DNA of 64,000 bases from Bacteroidota bacterium (lineage in GTDB: Bacteria; Bacteroidota; Bacteroidia; Flavobacteriales_D; Crocinitomicaceae). The stretch spans positions 11,806 through 75,805 of the forward strand of contig JBEGTG010000001.1 in assembly GCA_041179525.1 (NCBI GenBank), written 5' to 3'. The notes under the pieces are model-generated. The model saw nothing but the letters and a program-made list of their open reading frames with translations. It was not told the origin of the DNA and did no database searches. Both the position numbers and the translations under genes were made by a program. The stretch's first letter is position 1, and each line of letters begins with the position of its first letter. Shown here in pieces: positions 29,178 through 37,748 of this stretch.

Positions 29178-32100
29178 TTATCGAATTAAAGTGATGTTAC
29201 CTGTAAATTTCTTAGTGCTGCCGTTTTCATAAGTGACATCACAAACATATGCATACACGCCGCTATTGCAAGGTTTATCCTTGTGGTTGCCATCCCATTT
29301 GAATTGTTTATTCGTAGAAGCAAACATCAGGTTGCCCCAGCGGTCCACAATTTTGAAGTTAATAGCAGCGATATCCTTACCGGCAATAATTTGATATACT
29401 TCATTGAGTCCATTGCCCACACCATTTGGTGAAAATGCAGTTGGGAAGAAGATTCCGGTGGCGCATTCAGGACTGCTGCCATCTGGGTCACATGGGTCTA
29501 GTGGATTAGAACCGTTTGTGACTTCTGTGCCATCGTTGATGCCATCGCCGTCGGAATCGGGATTGAGTGGGTTGGTGCCAAGCACGCCTTCTTGCGCATC
29601 GGTAAGACCGTCAAAGTCGGTGTCTATTTGACAACCAGGGAGGGTGTCGTCGGGGTCGCAAGGGTTGAGCGGATCAGAGCCGTTAGTGACCTCTGCGCCA
29701 TCGGTGAGGCCATCGCCATCGGTATCGGGATTGGTAGGGCTTGTGCCGGCGGCATTCTCCTGACTATTGGTAAGGCCATCGCCGTCTTGGTCACAAGGGC
29801 CTGCGTTTGCATTCGGAATACACGGATTGGTGTTGTCTGGGTCGAGCTCATCCATAACGCCGTCGCCGTCGGTGTCGATGATAGATGACTCTAGTGCGTC
29901 AATGATGCCATCGCCGTCGGTATCGGTTGGAGCGCCAACATTGCCAATTTCGGCGCAGTCGTTCTCGCCGTCGCCATCGGTGTCTGGGTTAGATGGGTCT
30001 GTACCCACTAAGTTTTCATCGACGTTCAAACATCCGTCGCCATCCACATCTGGAACGTCTGGAATAAAGACAGCTACAATGGTCTCGGGGCCGTTGATGT
30101 TAATGAAATTATTGGCTGTAGTGCTTGGCAAGCCAAGCGGGCCTGTAGTAACGGTCCAGTGGCTAAACACAAAGCCAGGATTGGCATTTGGTTCAATTAA
30201 AGTTTGAATTCCACCGAAATAACTAGTGGTCCAAGGATATGAAGGTGGGTTGATGGAGTTGACCTGAATGGTACCTGCACCTGCCGGACTCACATCAAAA
30301 GTAGTAGCAAAAGGACCGGAAAGTTGGTAACAGTCAATTAGGCCTTGCTCTAGTGCCAAGCAGCGCTGATTGATGAAATTGCGCAGTTGGGTCACGCGCG
30401 ACTGCCATCCGTTGTAGGTTCCACCCCATTTGGCGCAATGCGCCGTCATTTCGGGTCCTATTTCGGCGACCATGCTGTCGAGGAGCGCAATCATGGTGGC
30501 ACAACTAAATGAAGTATTGATTAAGTCGATGTATCGAGTGATGTAATACTGTTCAACAATTGGGTTTTCATTGATCAGTTTTTCTAAGATATCTGTGTGG
30601 CCTTGACCGCCCGGATTGGGTAGGTTTTCTGCGTTACAAGGGTCGGCATTGGCGCTGGGATCAGGGATACCGGTATAGTTGATATAGTGCCCAAAAGTAG
30701 CATCCATGTCCCAGAGGGCATAACCCCATTTTTTATGGTCTCCGGTGGTATCTAGACCTCTCCACCACGAGGTATTCCAGTTGAGCCAGTCTTGGTTGAC
30801 TGTATAAGAATTGATCATGAAGTAATCGGCCAGTGATTTCCAACTGAGCAAGGAGTCTACATAGTTGAAGTTTGCAGGATTACCCATGTTGTTGGTGAGA
30901 ATATAGTTGCGTAAGGCATTCCAACTAGGCTGCGCGTTTGGCGCACCGTATTCTTGCCAGGTACCACCCCAAGTTTTGAGGTAGTGCATATTGTATTTGT
31001 CTTGGCCGTAGTATTCATCGGCGTAGTCGTGGTCATCGGCTTTTTCTCGGATTTCATATACACCCCAAAAATTGCCATTCAAATAAACAACTGCCGGACG
31101 CCAGGTACGCTCGTCGAGTTTCATGTCGGCGCGGATCGAGAGTGTATGAATCAAGGCATCGCGGATATGGGCACCTTGTTCAAATGGGTAGTTGTCGCTG
31201 GCTCCTGGTTTTAGGATCACGCGCTGAAATTCGTCTCGACTTTTTTCAGGGAAAATTTGGTGATCGAGGTCGCCATTTTGACCGTATTGGTCTCTGCATA
31301 TAAAGTCAAAACCGCGCTGCGCATAAGCCCAAGAGTCATTGCCATGCTTGTTGAAGTCTCCTTCAGATTCGTCGATAAATGAGCCATCTTGTTCAAATAG
31401 CTCAAATGAACCAATTCGATTCTGAGGATTTTGGCTGCCGTTTGCTACTAAAGAATAAACCCCTTGGCTACAAACCGAAACTACTGGAACAGTATGGGTT
31501 ACATTGATAAAATAGGTGTTGGTCTCTGTGAAAGAAGACAGGGTGGTGCCAAAAGCGGTGGCGCGCAATACTTTGGTAGTGGTGATATTGATGGGGGCTG
31601 TGTATGTTGGAGAGGTGGCTATAGGATCTGAACCGTCTAGGGTGTAGCGGATGGTAGCCGTTGGGTCAGCACAGGTAATGGTGATGGTTTGTGCGCCCGG
31701 ATAGAACCCTGGAGCTAAACTAAAAACAGGTTTGGGTGGGTAAAAATTCACGCCACCAGCGTTGTTCGCATTGGGCGTTGGAGTGGTAAACAATTTGAAG
31801 TCGATGGCACCATTGCTGGAGCGACCTACCGAATGATTTGACTTGGTGAGGTGTACAATTTTAAAGGAGTCTATGACTACAGCTGATGGATTGGATAAGA
31901 TAATCCAGTCGCCATCGGTTTGAGAAAGATTAAAGTTGGGATGGTATTCATTGCCAGAAACCAAATTTCGCTTGGAGCAAAAAACCATTTTAAAGCCATT
32001 GGCGTTGATATTACCACTCGGAATTTGCCACTTAGTGAGGTTAGATGCCTTGTCTGAAAGATACCAGCCTGTTAAATCAACGGCTGCTGCTGTTGAGTTG

Positions 32101-32240
32101 TAGAGCTCCACCCAGTCTTCTCTCTCTCCAAATGCATCGGTAGGACCTGTCATGTTTGAACAGGAATATTCGTTGATTACAACCTGCGAAAAAACAAGAG
32201 AAGGAAGGCAAAAAAGGAAGGAGAGTAGTAAGTGTTTCAT
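29178..32240 (-). CDS. CotH kinase-family protein with lamin-tail domain, chitobiase-C-like domain, thrombospondin type 3 repeats and type B T9SS CTD
   Basis: LTD: VINEYSC....DWVELYN....[10 protein letters not shown]. CotH core: [20 protein letters not shown]...[23 protein letters not shown]3: repeated DTDGDG. CTD: [15 protein letters not shown]...[10 protein letters not shown]...GVYAYV. Confidence 0.8.
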   Translation of the reverse strand: MKHLLLSFLFCLPSLVFSQVVINEYSCSNMTGPTDAFGEREDWVELYNSTAAAVDLTGWYLSDKASNLTKWQIPSGNINANGFKMVFCSKRNLVSGNEYHPNFNLSQTDGDWIILSNPSAVVIDSFKIVHLTKSNHSVGRSSNGAIDFKLFTTPTPNANNAGGVNFYPPKPVFSLAPGFYPGAQTITITCADPTATIRYTLDGSDPIATSPTYTAPINITTTKVLRATAFGTTLSSFTETNTYFINVTHTVPVVSVCSQGVYSLVANGSQNPQNRIGSFELFEQDGSFIDESEGDFNKHGNDSWAYAQRGFDFICRDQYGQNGDLDHQIFPEKSRDEFQRVILKPGASDNYPFEQGAHIRDALIHTLSIRADMKLDERTWRPAVVYLNGNFWGVYEIREKADDHDYADEYYGQDKYNMHYLKTWGGTWQEYGAPNAQPSWNALRNYILTNNMGNPANFNYVDSLLSWKSLADYFMINSYTVNQDWLNWNTSWWRGLDTTGDHKKWGYALWDMDATFGHYINYTGIPDPSANADPCNAENLPNPGGQGHTDILEKLINENPIVEQYYITRYIDLINTSFSCATMIALLDSMVAEIGPEMTAHCAKWGGTYNGWQSRVTQLRNFINQRCLALEQGLIDCYQLSGPFATTFDVSPAGAGTIQVNSINPPSYPWTTSYFGGIQTLIEPNANPGFVFSHWTVTTGPLGLPSTTANNFININGPETIVAVFIPDVPDVDGDGCLNVDENLVGTDPSNPDTDGDGENDCAEIGNVGAPTDTDGDGIIDALESSIIDTDGDGVMDELDPDNTNPCIPNANAGPCDQDGDGLTNSQENAAGTSPTNPDTDGDGLTDGAEVTNGSDPLNPCDPDDTLPGCQIDTDFDGLTDAQEGVLGTNPLNPDSDGDGINDGTEVTNGSNPLDPCDPDGSSPECATGIFFPTAFSPNGVGNGLNEVYQIIAGKDIAAINFKIVDRWGNLMFASTNKQFKWDGNHKDKPCNSGVYAYVCDVTYENGSTKKFTGNITLIR
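29465..30062 (-). repeat. Coding tandem array of thrombospondin type 3 (Ca-binding D.D.DG..D) repeats
   Basis: At least 8 copies of DxDGDG/DTDGDG-type units within the CotH gene. They generate long spurious ORFs in other frames. Confidence 0.7.
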
Positions 32241-32352
32241 TTAGCTTGGTTTAGCGGTACCAATATTACTGAAATATCGATTTTTATCCAAACAATCAGA
32301 CGCAAGAAGCAGAGAAAAGTTGTTTTTTTCTTAACATTGTCAAAAAAAAGAA

Positions 32353-32784
32353 ATGAAAAGACTTTCCATTATTTTGTCAATCGCAATTCTCGCGCTTAGT
32401 TTTTCAGGCTGTAAAAAATATGAAGGCGAAGGTGGTCGCAGTGAAATCAAAGGAAAACTGACGATAAATGAAAAGCTATACATCAATGGTGCATTGGCAC
32501 AAACCGTGAGTTACGCAGGGGCAACCGAAGATGTTTACATCGTTTACGGCACCCAAGACAGCATCTTCGATGACAAAGTTGAATGCAACCACGATGGCTC
32601 ATTTAGTTTCAATTATTTATTCCCAGGTACTTACACCGTTTTTGCCTACAATGAGGTTTTTCATACCGGCAATTCTGTCACCAATAACGACGACGATTAC
32701 TACACCAAAGAACCTGTCAAATATACCATCGAAATTGGTAAAAATGAGGTCAAAGATTTAGGTGAAATCACCGTTATTCGTTAA
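32353..32784 (+). CDS. Small lipoprotein, carboxypeptidase-regulatory-like beta-sandwich candidate
   Basis: Lipobox LSFSGC. DGSFSFNYLFPGTYTVFAY resembles CarboxypepD_reg-type strands. Confidence 0.45.
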   Translation: MKRLSIILSIAILALSFSGCKKYEGEGGRSEIKGKLTINEKLYINGALAQTVSYAGATEDVYIVYGTQDSIFDDKVECNHDGSFSFNYLFPGTYTVFAYNEVFHTGNSVTNNDDDYYTKEPVKYTIEIGKNEVKDLGEITVIR

Positions 32785-32786
32785 GA

Positions 32787-33503
32787 ATGCGCAATCTAGT
32801 CCTTAGTTTACTGTTATTTCCAATTGTGGTCTTGGGCCAAAACAGTACTGTGTTCCAAGTATGGAACGAAATTGGCGTAGGTTATAAACTAGATAAAAAG
32901 CAAAGCCTCGCTTTTGACCTTACCACTCGCCATGGCGCTGGAGGTGTGCAAACCTTCTTCCCACAAATTTCTTACAAGTATAAACTCAATAAATACATTC
33001 GTCCTTCTTTAGATTACCGCTACATCGGCAGCCGTACAGAGGAGGGGAACTTTACTTATCAGCACCGATTAAATGTCAATGTGCAAACCAATTATGACCT
33101 CGATCGCTTACAACTAGGCTTAAGGGCTCGTTATCAATTTACAACAAATCGACTCGCAGCGAATTATGAACCTGAATTTGGCGAGGCTTTTCGCATCAAG
33201 CCAAGTATCGTTTACGACATCAAAAAATCTGTGCTTCTGCCGCAAGCATCCATGGAATTTTTTACCGGCCCCATGGATGGCCAGCAAGGATATCACCTTA
33301 ACCGCATTCGTTGGAGCATAGGTCTAGGATTTGACTGGGATGGGCCACATTCATTAGAACTCGCGTATTTGTACGACCAACGCATCAATAGTCCAGGGTC
33401 TTTGAATCGGGCCATTCTTAATTTTTCTTATGGATACAGTATTAGAGAAGTGAAATCTTCCAAAAATCAAAGTCCTAGAAAAGCACCTGGCCGTTATCTT
33501 TAA
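32787..33503 (+). CDS. DUF2490-like outer-membrane barrel protein
   Basis: Signal peptide. Alternating-pattern strands (RHGAGGVQTFFPQISYKYKLNKYIRPSLDYRYIG...YQHRLNVNV). 3 nt after the lipoprotein gene. Confidence 0.55.
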   Translation: MRNLVLSLLLFPIVVLGQNSTVFQVWNEIGVGYKLDKKQSLAFDLTTRHGAGGVQTFFPQISYKYKLNKYIRPSLDYRYIGSRTEEGNFTYQHRLNVNVQTNYDLDRLQLGLRARYQFTTNRLAANYEPEFGEAFRIKPSIVYDIKKSVLLPQASMEFFTGPMDGQQGYHLNRIRWSIGLGFDWDGPHSLELAYLYDQRINSPGSLNRAILNFSYGYSIREVKSSKNQSPRKAPGRYL

Positions 33504-33504
33504 T

Positions 33505-35079
33505 TTAATCCAAATAACTATTGGCGGCCAAGCGGTCCATGACTACTTGTAGATTCTCTTGTTTCTTTTTTTGACGCGACTCAATAGCTGTTGTGGTAAA
33601 ATACTGGTGCTGCTTGAGAAAGTTCACTTGAATGGAGTCCCATTCTTTGCGCGACTTGATTTTGCCCATTTCAGTGAGCTCTTTTCTGAGGTTATCGGCA
33701 ATTTGCTCAAAGTCTGAACGCCCCAAATAATCGAGATCGGCATCGCAAATGATTTCTTGAAGTTTGTTGATGGGTTTGTGCGGAATTTCAGTGGCATGAA
33801 TCAGCTCGACGATGGTTTTGACGTGCTGCTCAGTGTAACCATATTTAGGCAATATTTCTTGTGCCATACGTGCGCCAATTGCCTCATTGTGGTCGTATTG
33901 ATTAATGAAACCGGCATCGTGAAAAATAGCTGCGGTCTTTAGCAAGAACAGTCCTTCGTCGGTAACACCTTCTAGCAAGGCGATGCGCTCGACAGATTTA
34001 ACAACATCTTTGGTGTGGTTGATCGAATGGTAATAAAGCGTTGGGGAGAGGTTTTTCTGAAGGATACCCATGACGTGGTGCTCGGTCTTGTAGTATTTGA
34101 TGGAGCTGTAGTGGTGTAATTTTTTAATCTCTTCAAAACGAGAATTCGGAATGAGGCCTTCCCCATTGACCGACAGCTCGGGCTTGATCCGTTGGACCAC
34201 ATACATATCTACTTTGGTACGCGATTTTGTCAGGGCTTTGCCCTTGTAATCACATTCAAAATACGGCTCAATTTGCTGAAAGGTATTGCCTGTTATGGTT
34301 ACTTTTCCGGGCTCTCCGAGCATCTCCATGCGCTGCGCAAGGTTCACAGATGAACCCCAAACGTCGTAGGCCAAACGAATATTCCCGATGATTCCGGCAA
34401 TGACGGGCCCGGTATTGATCCCCAAACGGATTTCCCAGTAGTCTTCGTGGTCAGCAATGGCCTCGTACTTCAACTTATCCATGAAAGCTTGAATTTGCAA
34501 AGCGGCACAGCATGCGTCTATTGGATTGGTTGAGTTTTCTACCGGTACTCCTCCAGCACACATGTAGGCATCTCCAATTGTCTTGATTTTCTCGAGGTTG
34601 TTGGCCTGAATGATTTCGTCGAACTTCTGAAATAAGATGTCGAGTTTAGAAACAATGCGGCTCGGCGCCATTGATTCTGAAATCCGGGTAAAGCCCACTA
34701 CATCTGTAAACATAATGGAAACTTGCTTGAACGCCTGTGCTTTTACTTTTCCATTGCGCTTGAGTTCAATTACGACCTGTGAGGGCAAGGTATTGAGCAG
34801 CCACTGTTCGGTTCGGTCTTTTTCGCGCTGCAAGAGTGCTTGCTGCTCCTCTACCTTGTTTTTTTCTTCTTCAAGTAGGCGTTTTTGCTCCTCAATTTTG
34901 GTCTTTTGTAGGCGAATTTCTTTGGTGCGTTCGGCAATTTTGACCTCGAGCCTTACCTGATTTCTGCGCGATGTTTCTATGCGGCTGCGGATAAAAACAA
35001 AAATCAACAAAAACAAAAGTGTGGCCACCAAAATAGATAGCCACCACGATTGAAAAATAAAGAGCCCTATGAACAGCAC
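33505..35079 (-). CDS. Membrane-anchored class III adenylate cyclase fused to an HD-domain phosphohydrolase
   Basis: Hydrophobic N-terminus, then a 60-aa coiled coil. CHD has metal Asp in IMFTDVVGF and KTIGDAYM, and substrate Lys (KTIGD) and Asp (AYDVWG), giving an ATP-type pair. The C-terminal HD domain carries H..H......AAIFHDAGF. GTG start 3 nt after the upstream stop. Confidence 0.8.
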   Translation of the reverse strand: MLFIGLFIFQSWWLSILVATLLFLLIFVFIRSRIETSRRNQVRLEVKIAERTKEIRLQKTKIEEQKRLLEEEKNKVEEQQALLQREKDRTEQWLLNTLPSQVVIELKRNGKVKAQAFKQVSIMFTDVVGFTRISESMAPSRIVSKLDILFQKFDEIIQANNLEKIKTIGDAYMCAGGVPVENSTNPIDACCAALQIQAFMDKLKYEAIADHEDYWEIRLGINTGPVIAGIIGNIRLAYDVWGSSVNLAQRMEMLGEPGKVTITGNTFQQIEPYFECDYKGKALTKSRTKVDMYVVQRIKPELSVNGEGLIPNSRFEEIKKLHHYSSIKYYKTEHHVMGILQKNLSPTLYYHSINHTKDVVKSVERIALLEGVTDEGLFLLKTAAIFHDAGFINQYDHNEAIGARMAQEILPKYGYTEQHVKTIVELIHATEIPHKPINKLQEIICDADLDYLGRSDFEQIADNLRKELTEMGKIKSRKEWDSIQVNFLKQHQYFTTTAIESRQKKKQENLQVVMDRLAANSYLD

Positions 35080-35082
35080 TGA

Positions 35083-36213
35083 TTAGGAGAATCTATAAAA
35101 CCAACTGACCATCGGCAATGGAAAAGACATACTTTTGGTAAGCACACCTGCCAAACTGATCTGAAAGGCCTTGTTTTCTGATCTTTGAAAGCGCATGCCG
35201 GGCATAATCACCATTACATTTTGACGCGAGGTGCCAGCAGTAACTGTTTCTTGAAAATTATAAACTTCTACTTGGCTAAGTAAACCGTTTGCGTCATATT
35301 GTTCTGTCCTGGGCTGACCTCCTGTAACCGACTTGTAACTATTGCTTGCCATGATATACATGCAATCGTAAATAAAGCTGGCCTTTTTACCCACTTTTGC
35401 TTGCCCTGCAAGCCCAATGATTGGCGCTTTGTAGTTAGATTGATCGCTTGCATAAAAATAGCCATCAATAGGAAGTTCTGGATACATCCCATTTGGGGCG
35501 GCATAAACACCAGGCGTATAAATAGGCTGGCCAAAATTTGTGTTAGACATTCGTGGATTGAAATAGCCGTAGCCTACAGATAAAGTTGCGTTGTTGCGGC
35601 GGTCTCCGTAGGTAATCATGCCCCAGTGTAAGCCTCCATAACCCTTACCTAAATTGAAGTAACCTGAGGTGCCTAAGAGCGTGCCCACACCATAATTAAT
35701 TTTTGGATTGGCAGTACCTCGAGTGTATTTTAATGCCAAGGCAATTGGCGAACCAACCCAGGTAGCCATCACGCCAACTGAAAAATCTTTGTGGACCGCA
35801 AAATGGACTTCCGGACCGTATAGATTGACCATGGCGTAATTCTCCCCTTTTTTAATCGGAAAACAATTGGTTGTAAATTGGTAACGCGTTGTAAAAACAT
35901 CTGCTGAACTCACCACTCCATTGACCATATCCTCGGCATAATCAATAGGACGAATCAATTTGATATCGCTTTTAGGAATATAAATTTTACCCAATGATTT
36001 GGTCTCAATCAAGACTTCTCGGCCGTCGTCAGAAAGGATGAGCCCCACATACTCATTGCCGTCGTATTTGACAACCAAATATTTGGTGGTATCGGAACTT
36101 GGTACGCTCGTATTTGGTGCGCTCGTATTTGGTGCTTGCGCATGTACTTGAAGACTTCCAAGTAAGCAAATCAAAATGGGAAGAAGCGTTGAAAAACTGA
36201 GTCGTATTTTCAT
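35083..36213 (-). CDS. Predicted outer-membrane beta-barrel protein, paralog A (unrecognised family)
   Basis: Signal peptide. Small N-terminal domain (YLVVKYDGNEYVGLILSDDGREVLIETKSLGKIYIPKSDIK). Gly/aromatic strand region. C-terminal PMVSWFYRFS. About half of the residues are identical to 38765-39871 over long blocks. Confidence 0.6.
   Translation of the reverse strand: MKIRLSFSTLLPILICLLGSLQVHAQAPNTSAPNTSVPSSDTTKYLVVKYDGNEYVGLILSDDGREVLIETKSLGKIYIPKSDIKLIRPIDYAEDMVNGVVSSADVFTTRYQFTTNCFPIKKGENYAMVNLYGPEVHFAVHKDFSVGVMATWVGSPIALALKYTRGTANPKINYGVGTLLGTSGYFNLGKGYGGLHWGMITYGDRRNNATLSVGYGYFNPRMSNTNFGQPIYTPGVYAAPNGMYPELPIDGYFYASDQSNYKAPIIGLAGQAKVGKKASFIYDCMYIMASNSYKSVTGGQPRTEQYDANGLLSQVEVYNFQETVTAGTSRQNVMVIMPGMRFQRSENKAFQISLAGVLTKSMSFPLPMVSWFYRFS
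36106..36135 (-). repeat. Perfect 15-bp tandem duplication inside paralog A
   Basis: gctcgtatttggtgc occurs twice back to back. It encodes APNTS-APNTS just after the signal peptide. Confidence 0.9.
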
Positions 36214-36281
36214 GGTCTAAAAAATATAGATCGATTAAGCGGTAAATCTAGTTATAACGACACAAAGAGCCAAGAAGCGCG

Positions 36282-36332
36282 AACAAAATTGCTACAATTT
36301 GAAAAACCAACTGGACATAGGCAATTGTATTA
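36282..36332 (-). pseudogene. Relic of the C-terminal strand of a third barrel paralog
   Basis: The minus-strand frame reads ...QLPMSSWFFKL-stop. Compare PLPMVSWFYRFS-stop (A) and PVPMLSWFYKF-stop (B). At DNA level, aaaaccaactg is shared with both paralog 3' ends. The open frame is only 25 codons long. Confidence 0.35.
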
Positions 36333-36427
36333 TTGCACAAACGCCCTGGCTTCCGAAGAAGCAGAGCGTCTATGCGAATCACTAACTAAAAGTTGTTTTT
36401 TGATTTTTATCTAGTTTGCTTGAAGGC

Positions 36428-37651
36428 TTAATAATAACGCTGCGGACTCGTTGTTTTATTAATTGGTTGTTTGCTCTTTTGAACATTAAAGCCCATATTC
36501 ACACCAACATAACCGCCTCCCTTTTGAGAGCTATAAAATATGTTTACAGGAATATTCAAGGCCCCTGCTTGGAACGTTTTTCCAAATGCAATCAAAAAAG
36601 ATGTGGATAATTCTTTGCCCCCTCTTTTATCAAAACATTCAGTAAAATTATATCCGTATTCTGGCGCTGAAACCATACCATTGGCATCAACTAAACCATT
36701 TGCTGTAGCGTAGGCAATCCAATCTTGTCTCGAAAAATATTGACCTTTGTCAGGTCCGGAATAATTTGGATTATATTGCTTTTGCGTATCAAAAAAGCCA
36801 TCTGAAACAGATTTCACGCCAAAGCGCGGGCCAAAAGCGAACTCCCAATTTCCTTTACCGAAACGGAATCCGTTCAATAAAGACACCGATGGCACAAACT
36901 GTCCTTGCTCAAGGCCAGAAACATTTAAAATGCCTTCGACAAGCGCTGAGAAATTTTCCGTCCCTACATACTGACCTTCAAGTTGATAACCTATCATAGA
37001 TGCAATAGGCTGAATACCCAAACCTCCGTACTGTTCATCGCGAATGGCAAATTCATTTAAATCTCCAGTAAGATAAGCAAAACCAATTCTAGGTCCTGAA
37101 TTATTGACTTTTCCAACATTATTAGAAGTAATCACTTCATTTTTGAAGGCCAAGCGATCTGCAGTCACTTTGTCTACGGTAAGCCCATGCATTTCGGCCA
37201 AAACAATTTCTACCATGCGCTGGATTTCTAATTCTTGGTTGTCAAATTCGCGAACAGCCGACTTATAAAGGCTTTGTGCTTTGACATCAATGATTTTAAT
37301 CGTCACGACAATTTTATTGCCCAAACCGTCTATCGAGCCAGACATCACGTAATCAACTTTGAGTTCTTCGCCTAATTTCGACAAGCAATTTTGGCCATAA
37401 CAGCCTACTTTGTACTCCTCTTTGGCCTGGATGATTTCGTTCATGTCAAATTCATCATAGACTTTGTACTTATTGATTTTAATCAACTCTAAGCGCAGCA
37501 TTTTTGCCACAGACTCTGCCTTAATGGCGAGTGCATTGACATTGGGGTTAGCCACAGCAATTGTGCTGCTGGGTTGGGCAAAATAACTTGCCATGCCACT
37601 AAAGAAAATGGCCACTAGTAATAAAACGGATTGTAAATTTTTTGTTTTCAT
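36428..37651 (-). CDS. Secreted protein: LpoB/CsgG/TolB-N-like periplasmic domain plus Gly/aromatic-rich barrel-like C-terminal half
   Basis: Signal peptide without a lipobox Cys. The N-domain pattern IAVANPNV......ESVAKMLRLELIK...YKVYDEFDM.EI......YVMSGSIDGLGNKIVVTIKIIDVKA resembles the small alpha/beta periplasmic module of LpoB/CsgG-type proteins. ATG at 37651. Confidence 0.5.
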   Translation of the reverse strand: MKTKNLQSVLLLVAIFFSGMASYFAQPSSTIAVANPNVNALAIKAESVAKMLRLELIKINKYKVYDEFDMNEIIQAKEEYKVGCYGQNCLSKLGEELKVDYVMSGSIDGLGNKIVVTIKIIDVKAQSLYKSAVREFDNQELEIQRMVEIVLAEMHGLTVDKVTADRLAFKNEVITSNNVGKVNNSGPRIGFAYLTGDLNEFAIRDEQYGGLGIQPIASMIGYQLEGQYVGTENFSALVEGILNVSGLEQGQFVPSVSLLNGFRFGKGNWEFAFGPRFGVKSVSDGFFDTQKQYNPNYSGPDKGQYFSRQDWIAYATANGLVDANGMVSAPEYGYNFTECFDKRGGKELSTSFLIAFGKTFQAGALNIPVNIFYSSQKGGGYVGVNMGFNVQKSKQPINKTTSPQRYY

Positions 37652-37748
37652 AGCATACAATTTAATAGTACAAAGTTTGGCATAAAATAGAGTGCTGCAA
37701 AACTGAATAGCGGAGCTAGTTCATTTCGAGTTGCGAAAAACGCAAGTT

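Noticed and set aside
29404-30207. Several long ORFs on both strands (29404-29631, 29592-29888, 29624-29851, 29767-30207) inside the CotH gene
   Set aside because: They are alternative-frame and antisense readings of the GC-rich thrombospondin type 3 repeat array. Their translations are low-complexity Ser/Pro/Gly/Val strings, and the CotH frame has clear domain motifs.
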